Shown in pieces: positions 28,423 through 38,908 of a DNA stretch of 64,000 nt (the first letter of the stretch is position 1; each line of letters starts with the position of its first letter). The notes under the pieces are model-generated. The model ran no database searches and had not been told where the DNA came from. It was given only the letters and a program-made list of their open reading frames with translations. The stretch comes from a virus, in the IMG/VR virus record IMGVR_UViG_3300018432_000013, positions 48,927 to 112,926 of that record; one strand, given 5' to 3'. Position numbers and translations under genes: made by a program.

Positions 28423-29457
28423 ATGTTCAGCCCCCGCAAGTTCCTGATCGCCGCCGCCCTGATCGCTTCCGCCTGCGCAGACGCCGAGTCGCCTGAGATG
28501 GTCGACCTCATGCCTGAGGACGACGCCGCCGCCGCCGAACAGGACGGGGCCGTCACCGACGAGGACGGCGGCGCGGCGCCCACGCAGGGCGACGCGCAAG
28601 GAAACGACGCGGACGTGGCACAGGGCGACAGTGGATCCGAAGCGGATCCATCGAGCGATGCTGGATCCGCTTCGGATCCGACAAGCGATGCCGGGACCTC
28701 CGACGGGTCGAGCTCGCAGGATGCCGAGACCGACGCCTCCAGCCCGCGCGACGCAGGGCAGATCGTCGACGCCAGCGCGCACGACGCGGACGATGCGGCT
28801 GCGGCTGCGCGCGTAGACGGGTCCGCGGGCCCACTGACGCCGGACGCCAGCACGCCTGACGCCTCCAGCCCGGTCCACACGCCCGACGCCAGCGAGCCAC
28901 CCGCCTGCCTTGCAGGCTGCCTCTCCGCGTTCACGGCAAGCGAGCCGAGCCCAAGCGAGCCTCTCTACGATCCGAATGCAACCGGCCAGGCGCGCTTTCT
29001 CGGCATCGAGCGCGCGATCGACCTCGGGCGCATCACGGCACCAAACGGCACGGTGCGCATCTCGGCGCACGCGGACAGCTACCAGGATTCGGACTGGTTC
29101 AAGTTCAAGATTGACAGCGTTTACCGCTACTTCGACTTCTTCTGGGGCACGCGCACGGGCGCCCACGTCACACGCCAGTTCTACATCTCCTGCGCGCCTG
29201 AAGCCGCAGGGTGCGCGCCCATGCAGACCTCCGTGATGCTGTTCGGTAAAGAGGCGTGCTCGCTTTACAACTCTACAGCCCCAGCGGAAGAGTTCGGTGA
29301 ATACGCCTACTGCGAGGATCCCACGGTCTACATCCGCGTGGTCAGCTTCGCGGACGCGCCTGCGTCGTATACGATCAACCTCGACATTCGCCCCCTCGCC
29401 AACCCGCGCAACATCAACACGCGCGATTACCCCCAGCGAAATGGCTACGTACCCTGA
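28423..29457 (+). CDS. Lipoprotein with Asp/Ala-rich linker and C-terminal beta domain
   Basis: Lipobox IASAC; DAG/DAS repeats; DSDWFKF motif. Confidence 0.75.
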   Translation: MFSPRKFLIAAALIASACADAESPEMVDLMPEDDAAAAEQDGAVTDEDGGAAPTQGDAQGNDADVAQGDSGSEADPSSDAGSASDPTSDAGTSDGSSSQDAETDASSPRDAGQIVDASAHDADDAAAAARVDGSAGPLTPDASTPDASSPVHTPDASEPPACLAGCLSAFTASEPSPSEPLYDPNATGQARFLGIERAIDLGRITAPNGTVRISAHADSYQDSDWFKFKIDSVYRYFDFFWGTRTGAHVTRQFYISCAPEAAGCAPMQTSVMLFGKEACSLYNSTAPAEEFGEYAYCEDPTVYIRVVSFADAPASYTINLDIRPLANPRNINTRDYPQRNGYVP

Positions 29458-30045
29458 GTCAGTAGACTCAAAATGGCTGGTATCATCTGCGCTATCAGCT
29501 TATTGATGCATACTGCTTGTTGGGGGAAGGCTATGGCGACGTACGTACTGGTGGTAGAAGCGCCGGGGCGCACGGACGAGCTCAGCGCGGAAGCGCAGCG
29601 CCGTGCGCGCAGCGCGCGCCAAGCCGCCCGCAAGCGCCTGCGTGCCGCCGAGCTGATCGTCCGCGCTCGCGTCGCTGAAAAGCCCGTCATCGAGGCCTAA
29701 GCGCACGGGGTGCCCATGCGCACAGTCGACATCGACGGCGTGGCATGGGTCCGCCACGCAGAACGACGCTGTGCACGCTGCGGCGCGCGAACCTACCGCG
29801 TCAGCCGGCGCGTGGGCCCTGAGCTCCTGCTGCGCCCAATGCCAGGCAGACGCGGCAGTCACACCTTCACACGGTCAGCCGGCCCAAAGCGGCTGCTGAC
29901 CGTGTGCACGGGCTGCCTGCACGACCACTTCAGGGGCGCCGAGGACGCGGTGCAGGCATGGGCCGCGCAGCAGCTCGATCGCGACAAGGCGCCTTAGTCG
30001 ATATCACTTGCTGCCGGGTCGCTCTATCGCGTATCTTATTAATTA

Positions 30046-30431
30046 TGGAACCAAGACGCCGTGATACTACGATACCGGGCCAGCGCGACGCATCGGCACC
30101 GAAGACGCTTGCGCCTCTGAACGCACGCATGCTCGAGACTTCAGGGCTTTACGACTTCGATGTCGTGGATTTCGACACGGCCGTCACGGACGACGGCGCG
30201 ATCGAGTTCTGGGCGGACGTGTACGACCGGGTCCGCGAGCACACGGTCATCGTGACCGGCCGCTGGGACAGGGCACACGCGGCATTCGAGCGCGTGTGGC
30301 TCGACGAGGCCGAGCTCGGGCCCCAGCACCCGCTGCGCCGCACCATCGAGAGCGACAACTACATCGCGCGCGAGTGCGGCCGCGCCGCCGACCACGCCGC
30401 CCAGAGCGCACTCGAAGCGGCGCGTTGGTGA
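30046..30431 (+). CDS. Hypothetical protein
   Basis: ATG after an AT-rich promoter-like segment. Confidence 0.55.
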
Positions 30432-30742
30432 TGGGCATGCTCAGCCTACGCAAAGCCACCGAAGTCCGCTGGGGGCGCCGCCTTGAGCTCGGAACCGTCT
30501 ACCGGATCGTGGGCCAGTTCCACGTGCAGACCGAGGCGAAGGGCACCTTGCACGCGTGTCTCGTGCCCGTCGTCGCCGGCATGTACCAGGGCCAGCTCTC
30601 AGGCGACCCGACGCGCCACGTATTCACCGACACCGATGGCCTGCGCTACGTCGTCTCGAGCCCGGCGCACACGTGCGGACTGACCACCGCGCGCGTCTAC
30701 CGCTTCCCCAAAAAGCGCGTGTCCGCGGCGCGCGCGGCGTAG
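30431..30742 (+). CDS. Hypothetical protein
   Basis: Coupled to the previous ORF. Confidence 0.5.
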   Translation: MGMLSLRKATEVRWGRRLELGTVYRIVGQFHVQTEAKGTLHACLVPVVAGMYQGQLSGDPTRHVFTDTDGLRYVVSSPAHTCGLTTARVYRFPKKRVSAARAA

Positions 30743-30957
30743 TATTCATGCCGGCGTGATTGATGCGTGCGCCCGGCAATAGTGCCGCTCCTCGCCTCGC
30801 TGCACAGCACACGCCTCGCAGAGTGGGCGGCTACAGGCTTGGCCTTCCTTGCGGCCACGCAGCGAAAAGTCGCACACAAACGTGCTCAACTTGCCGCACC
30901 CCACACAAGGTGGCCGCGTCCGCATCCGGCCGCAGACCCACAGCGTCACGCCGCTCG

Positions 30958-31365
30958 TCACGGCGCTACCTCTACAGGCTCCAACAACGCAAGGCACACC
31001 GTGCGCACCGCGATGACGAGCTCAAGCCCGCGCTTGCGCAACGCGTCGTTGTCCATGTTCAGGTTCGCATAGCAGTACGCGCGACCGAGATATTCGCCCG
31101 CGCCGAAAGCATCGAGTCCGCTGCGAGCGCGCTCCAGCGCCGTGCACAGCTCGCTCGTCAGGTGATCGCAGCGATACGCGTCGGACAGCTCCGCAAACCA
31201 CGACTCGTAGACCTTCTGCGCTGCGGTGCGCTCGGCAACTCGGCAGTCGAGCTCGCGGCCCTTGGCGCATACGCAGAACGGCCAGGGCGGCCGGCTGTCG
31301 TCGACGACGTAGCCGCGGCCACTGCACTTCAGGCACGACTCGGTTACTGCTGACACCCGGCTCAT
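30958..31365 (-). CDS. Hypothetical protein with DnaJ-like CxxCxGxG zinc finger
   Basis: CLKCSGRG...FCVCAKG. Confidence 0.55.
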   Translation of the reverse strand: MSRVSAVTESCLKCSGRGYVVDDSRPPWPFCVCAKGRELDCRVAERTAAQKVYESWFAELSDAYRCDHLTSELCTALERARSGLDAFGAGEYLGRAYCYANLNMDNDALRKRGLELVIAVRTVCLALLEPVEVAP

Positions 31366-31599
31366 CGAGGCTCCTCAAAACCCACTGTAGCTGCGGATCC
31401 CAAAGCCAAGGCAGCGCGAGCACCCGCCGCCACACCCGCAGTCATCCCACGCCACGTCGTAGTCGTCGTCTTCGACGTCGTCCTCATCCTGCTCGTCGTC
31501 GCGCGCGTCCGCATGCTTCTCGCTTGGATTGCCCACCCAAGCGTTGGTGCCCCGCGCGCAGACTCAGCCATGCGGCCGCGCTCACCATCCGCGACGTTT

Positions 31600-31863
31600 T
31601 CAGCCATTGGCGGCTTTCTTCTCGGCGCCCTCGTTCCTGTTGAGAAACCCGCGCATGTGATTCGCACGCGAGATCTTGGCCTCTTTCACCTGCCGCTCGA
31701 CCCGGGCAAGCAGTGCGGGCTTGCCACACACATTCGCCATCACCCGGCGCACGAGCAAGGGGAGGGTCACGTCCGGCCCCATGGCATCTGCCAGCTTCTG
31801 CCACTCTTCGCGCTCTTCATCCGATATCCGCACGAGCACTTGATTCGTCAAAATCCCAGGCAT
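31600..31863 (-). CDS. Ribbon-helix-helix regulator
   Basis: VLVRISDEEREEWQKLADA...LVRR; AGGAG RBS. Confidence 0.65.
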   Translation of the reverse strand: MPGILTNQVLVRISDEEREEWQKLADAMGPDVTLPLLVRRVMANVCGKPALLARVERQVKEAKISRANHMRGFLNRNEGAEKKAANG

Positions 31864-32433
31864 TTGTTTACTCCTCTGGCTGGGCGCCGGACTTCAGCGC
31901 CTCACCAAAGAGAGCATAGCATGCCCGTATCGAATAAGGGCAAGTTCAAAGCACACGCGCCCGGAGGACTACCGCAGCGCTCAAAGGCCGGGCCTTCCCA
32001 GCCAAACACCGAGATGTCACGCGCCGCACGGCCTTCACCCCGCGCGTGTGGCTCGGTGTTCTGCCTCGCAACACTCAGGTCCGCTACCTTACCCATCGCC
32101 CTCCACACGCGGATTTGCCCAAACTTCGCTTGAAATCACTTATCCGATATCGCACCATGTACAGACGGATCGACAGGCTCAAACCCTCAGATTCGATCCG
32201 AAAGACAACTTGCGGATCACCTCGGCCTACTCATATCCACGAGACCATCGATTGGATCTTGCGTTGGTTCGACGCCGCTGTTGAAGTTCTCTGGCCATTC
32301 CGGGTCGCCGCGTCACCCAACGTTCGTCATTTCCTGCGTCTCATCATCTCTCCGTCGCCTCGTCTCTCCGTCTCCGCTGCCCTCCCGACCTTCGTCTTCA
32401 GGGGCTTTTCCGCAAATTCTAGGAGCCAACCCC

Positions 32434-33075
32434 ATGCGCGCTGACGTGCAGTCTCCAGCCGACGTGATCACCGATGAGATTGAGCGGATCATTGCGAAGC
32501 TAGCGCGGGACGTGGCAGAGCGTCTTCGCTCCTGCGACCGCTACCAAGCCAGACAAGACATCGCACAGGCCTTGCGCCTGGTCGCGCTGCAAGAAGCGCC
32601 CAAGTATCGCGGCGACAACGGCGCGACCCTAGCGACATTCCTCTACCGAGCGCTGCGTGTCAAAGCCTGGTCGGTCGGCTTCTGGCTCGACCTGCCCACG
32701 CATGTCGCAAAGAACAAGCGCACGGGCGTTTGGACCACGCGCACGGCTGCGCAGACCGACAAGCGCGCTACGGATGCACGCGCACCGAGAGACGACTTAC
32801 CGCCTGCCGAGGCCATGGACCTGATCCGCGACCCCGAAGACCTCGAGAGCCGCCTCGCAGACCGCGAGATCGCCGCGCGTGTCGAGGCCGTTCTGCACGA
32901 GGATCCACAGCACGAGGCGATTGCTCGTGTGCTGTTCGACGGCGAGAAGGCACCCGACGTGGCACGCGACACGGGGGTACCCATCGGCGACCTTCGCAAG
33001 TGCATCGTACGCACACGCGCACGGCTTCGACGCGACCCGACGCTGCAAGAGCTCTACTTCCGCTGCCTGGCGTGA
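32434..33075 (+). CDS. Phage-encoded sigma70-family (alternative) sigma factor
   Basis: Region 2-like QDIAQ...KYRGDNGATLATFLYRALR; region 4 HTH LFDGEKAPDVARDTGVP...RARLR; AGGAG RBS. Confidence 0.75.
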   Translation: MRADVQSPADVITDEIERIIAKLARDVAERLRSCDRYQARQDIAQALRLVALQEAPKYRGDNGATLATFLYRALRVKAWSVGFWLDLPTHVAKNKRTGVWTTRTAAQTDKRATDARAPRDDLPPAEAMDLIRDPEDLESRLADREIAARVEAVLHEDPQHEAIARVLFDGEKAPDVARDTGVPIGDLRKCIVRTRARLRRDPTLQELYFRCLA

Positions 33076-33092
33076 GGCGAAGCGAGCGCACC

Positions 33093-34523
33093 CTAGTAGG
33101 AAGGCTCGCTCGCCTCAAGCGCAAGCGAGCTCGTCTCGGTGACGATGGCGTGCCCCTCCTTCTTGTACGCCCGTTTGCGATCACGGTAGTGGTTCTCGAG
33201 GATGCGGTTGTGGGTGTCCTCGAAGTCCCACACCTCGAATGTATCCTTGGCACCCGCCACACGCCGCATGCCGCGCCCGATGCGCTGCAAGAGCGCTATC
33301 ACGCTCTTGCCACCTGCCGCGAGCACCACGCTTTCGAGCGAAGGGACGTCGATGCCTTCGTTGAAAATCTGACTCGTCACGAGCACGTCAATCTCTCCGC
33401 GCACAAGGCGCTGCAGCGCGCGCTCTCGCTCTTTCGTGGCACTGGCGCCAAACACGAACTCGGCGTTGATACCCATGCGGCGAATCCCCTTCAACAGAAA
33501 CTCGCCGTGTTCGAGCAGGTCGACGAACACCATGGCGGGCTTTTTGGCGCGCTGCACCGCGCGCAGCACCGCGCGATTGCGCCCGACCGACTGCACGATC
33601 CCGCGCTCGCGAATGACGTTCCAGAGCGAGCTGTAGACCTCCTCGGCATCGTGCCGCACCATGTGCACGCGCGAGCGTGCGAGAAACCCGCGCTGGATGA
33701 GCTCTTCAGCGGGCACCAGGTACGCCACCGGCCCAAGCAGCCCGACCGCCACGCTTGAGCGCTTGTCGCCGCGCGCGAGCGGCGTACCCGACACACCCCA
33801 GCGGTAGTAGGCGTTGACCGCCCGCTGCAGCACACGCACGAAGCGGTCCGCCGCGGCCGTGTGCGCCTCGTCGACGATCAGCGCCTCGGCCGATTCGAGC
33901 TGGCGCTTGACCGCGGGGTTCTTCAGGTTCGCGGCGAGCGAGTCGATGGTGGCGATGGTGATGCGATGGCCGAGCTCCTTGTCCCCGTCGCCGAAGTAGC
34001 CGATGTCTTCTGGGCGGTGACCGTGCAGCTCGGCGCGCAGCTGAATGCGCGCGCCTATCTGCCGCATGAGCCCCTTGCGGTGCACGACGATCAGAAAGCG
34101 CATGGCCGGGAAGATGCGCAAGAGGGCCGCGATGACCTCCGTCTTGCCGCCCCCCGTACCCATCTGCAGAAGCCCGCGCACACGCGCGACGAGCACCTCT
34201 GCGGCTTCGCGCTGATAGTCGTAGAGCCACGCGAGGTCTGCAGACCAGTCGGGCACGGCCGGCACCTTGCGCGCATCCGCCACGGTCAGATCCACACCCT
34301 CCGCGCGCGCCTTGCGCTCGACCATCGTGGTGAAGCCGGCTGGGAACTCACACGTTTCGAAGTCGAAGAAGTGCTCGAAGCGCTCCCCGTCGTACTTGGG
34401 CCGCCCCGTGTAGTCGCGGATGAACTTCGGCGTGCGCAGCACGAGGTAGTTCCACAGCCAGTCGCGCTCCTCCTGCGTTCCATCCGTGACGACTGACCAG
34501 GTGTTGTGCAGTTCGATGCGCAT
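33093..34523 (-). CDS. SF2 DEAD/DEAH-box helicase (UvsW/A18-like)
   Basis: LYDYQ, MGTGGGKT, DEAH, SGTP, FNEGIDVP, QRIGRGMR. Confidence 0.92.
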   Translation of the reverse strand: MRIELHNTWSVVTDGTQEERDWLWNYLVLRTPKFIRDYTGRPKYDGERFEHFFDFETCEFPAGFTTMVERKARAEGVDLTVADARKVPAVPDWSADLAWLYDYQREAAEVLVARVRGLLQMGTGGGKTEVIAALLRIFPAMRFLIVVHRKGLMRQIGARIQLRAELHGHRPEDIGYFGDGDKELGHRITIATIDSLAANLKNPAVKRQLESAEALIVDEAHTAAADRFVRVLQRAVNAYYRWGVSGTPLARGDKRSSVAVGLLGPVAYLVPAEELIQRGFLARSRVHMVRHDAEEVYSSLWNVIRERGIVQSVGRNRAVLRAVQRAKKPAMVFVDLLEHGEFLLKGIRRMGINAEFVFGASATKERERALQRLVRGEIDVLVTSQIFNEGIDVPSLESVVLAAGGKSVIALLQRIGRGMRRVAGAKDTFEVWDFEDTHNRILENHYRDRKRAYKKEGHAIVTETSSLALEASEPSY

Positions 34524-35207
34524 GCTGCTCTCCGTTAGTACCCGGCTTGCTCCGTGCGCTACATGGCCGTGCGCAACAAAAGCTTGCGGCTCTCGCATTG
34601 CTGAATCTTTTCAATAGCTTAGGATGAAGATAAAGCTGCTGTTTGGCTCACATCCAAAACCTCTGTGATCTCCAGCACATCGCAGACTTGGACTAATCAG
34701 ATACGGATGACGATCCAGATCCGCAAGCTTTAAGCACGATTGCGGTTCTGGAGGCCCTGGCCAAACAAACATTGCGGTTCTGAAAACGCGATTTTCTTAC
34801 GCGATTTCAGCGTACTACGAGAGACGGACCAGGACTTGCAAATTGTTCTTATACTCTGAGAGGGATCTGGCTTTCGTTCGTTTCTCTCTTCTTCTTCGAA
34901 GAAAGAGAAACTCTTGCCGCGCTGGCGCGCGGGCTTTCTTTTGGGAAGAGACCCGGAGAGGAGAAGCCACCCCCCCCGACCCATGGGTGTGAAGGGTGCC
35001 CGCGCGAGCAGGAGCGGGGTCAGAAGCGCGCGGCCGCGCCCGACGCGATTGGGATCCGCGCCGCGCGCGCCGGGCCTTGCTGAGGCGCACAGGGCCCGGC
35101 GCGAGGGGATCAGGCGGCCGGGCGCATGTGGGTCTGGGTGTTCGTGCGCGGGCGGCGGGTTAGTGCGTTGACATGGGCCGTAGGCACGCGGCAGCATCTT
35201 CGCTCGT

Positions 35208-35408
35208 ATGCCACCACACGCCATCGACCCAGAAGTGTTCGCGCGGCGCATCGCAGGGGAAGCCCTGTGCCACATCGACACCGCGCGAAAGTTCGTCCGC
35301 GGTGAGCCCGTGCGCGGAATCATGCTCAAGCAGCAGCTAGAGCGTGCCAAGGCAGCGGTTCTGCAAGCGCACGGCCAGAGCGAGCAGCTTCAAGACACCG
35401 GCACCTGA
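35208..35408 (+). CDS. Small putative HTH (Cro-like) protein
   Basis: RRIAGEALCHIDTARKFVRG; first gene of the replication operon. Confidence 0.55.
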   Translation: MPPHAIDPEVFARRIAGEALCHIDTARKFVRGEPVRGIMLKQQLERAKAAVLQAHGQSEQLQDTGT

Positions 35409-35476
35409 ACTCTTCTCACGCGCGCTGACCGAGCGCTCCGGGGGGAGAGCGGCCGGCGCGCAAGATTGCCAAACCC

Positions 35477-36667
35477 ATGAGCACTTCGCCGACACAGCTT
35501 GCGGCTGTTGTGTCGTCTGCGCCTGAGCTTGAACGCGCAGACCCACGCACGCACACCGTCGCCGCCCTTCGCCAAGGCCCGAGCTTACGCAAGCTGCTCG
35601 GCTCGGCCGGCGAGCTCTGGACGCAGCTTCAGGCGCGCACCCGGCGCGTACACGGCAGTGCGATTACGGTCACGGCGAGCGAGCTTGCCAAGACACAGCG
35701 CCCCGCGCGCCCACTGCGCACCATCGAGTGGGGCCTCAAGCGACTGCACGAAGCAGGCCTCATCACGCGCTCGCGCACACGTTACGGCGTCGTCCTGACA
35801 CTCTGCGGCTGGGACATCGACGACAACGGCGTGCGCGAGTACTCCCCGCACTTGCCTCCCGCCACGCTGCGCTGGATGCGTGATCAACGTCCGCGCGGTC
35901 GACCGAAGGGTTACAAGCCGCCAGCGTCCCCTCGTCCGCTCACCTCGGAGAACTTGTTCATGCAGCAACACGAAGTGGCTTCTTCCTCCACGGAAGCTCG
36001 TGCGCGCATCCTCGCGCATCCACTCGTGCCGCCCGATCCACACGTGCCGCACTTGAGCCTGCCGCGTCTGCCTTTGCCCGCGCTGCTCAGCAAGGACGCG
36101 CGCCCGAGTGAGAACCGCGAGTTTCTGATCGAGGCGTACGTGAGCGCCGTGCGCGTGTTTTACCCGCGGCTCGCAGTGGCCAGCGCGTGCAAGTACATGC
36201 GCTCGCAGGATGGGCGACGGCTGCTCGACGCGGCCGCTGAGATATTTTTGGCGGAGGCCATCGCGCCGCAAGCCTGGATCGGTCTCGCGCTCGCACGCGA
36301 CAAGCCGCGGCGAAAACAGCCGCAGCGCCCTGAGATTCTCTACGAGCCGACGCTTATTGAAAAAGCGGCCGGCTCTTTTCACACACGCGCCGAGAAGTCC
36401 AACCTCTACACACGCGCGCCCGCCAACGACGCGCGGCACGCCCTCTACACGCAGGGCATTCGCGATCTGCGGGCGCTCTGGATACGGACCATGATCGACC
36501 TGAAGCAGCTCGATCACTACGACGAGGCCGCCATCCGCAACATCTGCATGCGCTACTGGCCGCAGGGGTACAGCGGCGTGTATCGCAGCGCGGAAGAGAA
36601 GATGCGCACGATCCAAAACGAGCTCGATGCGCGCTGCGCTCGTGGCGAATACCTTTGGGGCGAGTAG
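35477..36667 (+). CDS. Putative replication initiator (winged-HTH N-terminus)
   Basis: ASELAK...LRTIEWGLKRLHEAGLITR; directly upstream of DnaB. Confidence 0.55.
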   Translation: MSTSPTQLAAVVSSAPELERADPRTHTVAALRQGPSLRKLLGSAGELWTQLQARTRRVHGSAITVTASELAKTQRPARPLRTIEWGLKRLHEAGLITRSRTRYGVVLTLCGWDIDDNGVREYSPHLPPATLRWMRDQRPRGRPKGYKPPASPRPLTSENLFMQQHEVASSSTEARARILAHPLVPPDPHVPHLSLPRLPLPALLSKDARPSENREFLIEAYVSAVRVFYPRLAVASACKYMRSQDGRRLLDAAAEIFLAEAIAPQAWIGLALARDKPRRKQPQRPEILYEPTLIEKAAGSFHTRAEKSNLYTRAPANDARHALYTQGIRDLRALWIRTMIDLKQLDHYDEAAIRNICMRYWPQGYSGVYRSAEEKMRTIQNELDARCARGEYLWGE

Positions 36668-36671
36668 GGCG

Positions 36672-38045
36672 ATGTCGAGCAAGACGAAGCGTCTGCCTCT
36701 CGCCAAGCAACTCGAACGCGACGTCGTGCACTACCTGGTGAAGGAGCCGCGCTTTTACACGCGCGTCGCTCACGCGCTCGACCCGGAGCTACTGACCAAC
36801 GAACACGCGCGCCTCGTCGCCGAACTTGCGCTCGTGTTCTATCGCGAGACACAAGGCCAGTGCGCGATGGGACTTGCGATTGTAGCGCAGCGTCTGCGCA
36901 GCCTGCGCGAAGTCGGACGCCTGACCAAAGAGGATGCAGACGACACACTCGACTGGCTCGAGGAGGTCTGGAACGAGCCGCATGCTGATCGCGAGGCGGT
37001 CGTGCGTGAGCTCGCCAGAGAGCTCCGCCGTCACCTTGAAAACGTGGCCATCCTGCGCGGCATGGAGATGCACGGAAAGCATGGATCGCTGACCGAGGTG
37101 AGCGAGCTGCTCGCCAAAGCGGAGCGCCTCGGCAAGCAAGAGGAGAGCTTGGGCAGCGCATGGAATGATGACGACGACGAGAACGCGGCGCCTATCATCC
37201 GCGTCGAGCGGCTCGCGACGGGCATCACCGAGCTCGATATGTTCATGCGCGGCGGGCTTGCGCGCGGAGAGTTCGGCTTCGCGATGGGCGACTCGGGCTC
37301 TGGCAAGTCGGTGTTCTTGTCGCAGGTGGCAGCGACCGCCCTGCACACCGGGCACAACCCATTCATCGCCACGCTCGAAGTCTCAGAGCGCATCTGGAAG
37401 AGCCGGCTCAAGGCGGCCGCAAGTGACATCCCCTCGGACCTCATCCTCGAAGGGGAGCTCACACCGCGAGACAGAGAGCAGATCAAGCGCTCACGCAGCG
37501 GCCAGCTCGCGCACATCGTCCAGCTGCCGCCAAAGATCACCACGGCGACAGATGTTTGGCGCGCCTTCGACGCGGCCAACCGTGAGCTTGAGCTCAAAGG
37601 TGAAGAGCGTCGCTACGACGTGCTGATCATCGATTACGCGGACAAGCTCGGCTGGCCGAAAGAGTGCAAAGGCGCGTACGAAGGCCAGGACCACGTCTAC
37701 GAGACGCTGCTCTACGGGGGCCGTGAGCGCAACGTGTGGACGTGGACCGCGAGCGCAGCCAAGCGTCGCGACCAAGCGAAGAAAAAGAGCAAGGATGGCT
37801 TGCTGCGCATGGAGGACGTCGGTGACAGCATCCACAAGGTGCGAAACGCTGACGTAATCCTGACCATCAACCCGAGCGCGGATCATCAATACGTGCGCAT
37901 CCTGCTCGACAAAAACCGCACGGGTGAATGCGGCTTTCTCAGCGAGTACATGCAGACCGACTACGCGTTTGGACGCCTCGTACAAATCGAGGTCGAGCGC
38001 GCGCAGCCACTTCCGGACAGTGCACTCACGCTCCCGTTTCAGTGA
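36672..38045 (+). CDS. dnaB: Replicative DNA helicase (DnaB/gp41-like)
   Basis: TGITELD...GGL, GDSGSGKS, TLEVS, LIIDYAD, DKNR. Confidence 0.9.
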   Translation: MSSKTKRLPLAKQLERDVVHYLVKEPRFYTRVAHALDPELLTNEHARLVAELALVFYRETQGQCAMGLAIVAQRLRSLREVGRLTKEDADDTLDWLEEVWNEPHADREAVVRELARELRRHLENVAILRGMEMHGKHGSLTEVSELLAKAERLGKQEESLGSAWNDDDDENAAPIIRVERLATGITELDMFMRGGLARGEFGFAMGDSGSGKSVFLSQVAATALHTGHNPFIATLEVSERIWKSRLKAAASDIPSDLILEGELTPRDREQIKRSRSGQLAHIVQLPPKITTATDVWRAFDAANRELELKGEERRYDVLIIDYADKLGWPKECKGAYEGQDHVYETLLYGGRERNVWTWTASAAKRRDQAKKKSKDGLLRMEDVGDSIHKVRNADVILTINPSADHQYVRILLDKNRTGECGFLSEYMQTDYAFGRLVQIEVERAQPLPDSALTLPFQ

Positions 38046-38137
38046 GTGGAAGGGAAACAACCATGTTGCGAGTTCTTTCGATGCGCTCGTGAGCCGCGCT
38101 ACATCCGTCTGCCGCATCACGAGGCACTAACGTTTTC

Positions 38138-38908
38138 ATGTGCGCTCACCGCGTCCGGCGACTTGCCGAAGCAGATGAGGTTCGTGATTTCATCGTCGAA
38201 GCTAGGTTGAATAAGAAGGACTACGAAGTGGCACGGCTGCAGCGCGCTGATGTCAACACGACGATGTACCCGTCCACCGTCCATTTTCGACGGCACTACG
38301 GACACACGTTCAACACGCTTTTGGGCAGGAGACGCCCTGGCAGTGGGCTGGTATCCACGAAACAGGTATGTCGCTTCGCAGCAAATCTAACGCAGCGCGA
38401 ATATGACTTGGCGATTCGCAGTGCGAATAGCGGGCGATCGCGAATCTATCCAGCGAGCTGGCGGTTTCCAAAGGTGTACGGCAGCACGTTTGGCGAACTG
38501 CTCGAGAGGCATCAGCAAACGTCGACGAGAGAGCGACGCGAGCACACACGCCTTTGCCAACAGCTTGCTTCCCGAAGGGCAAAGGGTCGGCTACGTGCAC
38601 GCGGACGTTCGCTCGCTGAACGTGAAACCATCTACTACCGAGAGATACTTCGACGTTACCGGCTGACTCGCGAAGGGCTAGGCGTTTTTTTGGCAGCACA
38701 GAACGGGTGCTGTGGTGCCTGTAATCAGCCACCGCTGAAAGGCAAAAGGTTGGTTGTAGACCACTGCCACCGTACGGGCTTGGTTCGTGGGTTGCTTTGC
38801 CGTACCTGCAACGTGGCGCTGGGCCTCCTTGAAGAGGACCCGCAACGTATCTACAGCCTTGCGGACTACCTGCTGAGAGCGAGGGTGACCCATGTCAGTG
38901 CGGGATGA
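38138..38908 (+). CDS. Endonuclease VII-family homing endonuclease
   Basis: QNGCCGAC...LVVDHCHRTGLVRGLLCRTCNVALG; lower GC than neighbours. Confidence 0.85.
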   Translation: MCAHRVRRLAEADEVRDFIVEARLNKKDYEVARLQRADVNTTMYPSTVHFRRHYGHTFNTLLGRRRPGSGLVSTKQVCRFAANLTQREYDLAIRSANSGRSRIYPASWRFPKVYGSTFGELLERHQQTSTRERREHTRLCQQLASRRAKGRLRARGRSLAERETIYYREILRRYRLTREGLGVFLAAQNGCCGACNQPPLKGKRLVVDHCHRTGLVRGLLCRTCNVALGLLEEDPQRIYSLADYLLRARVTHVSAG

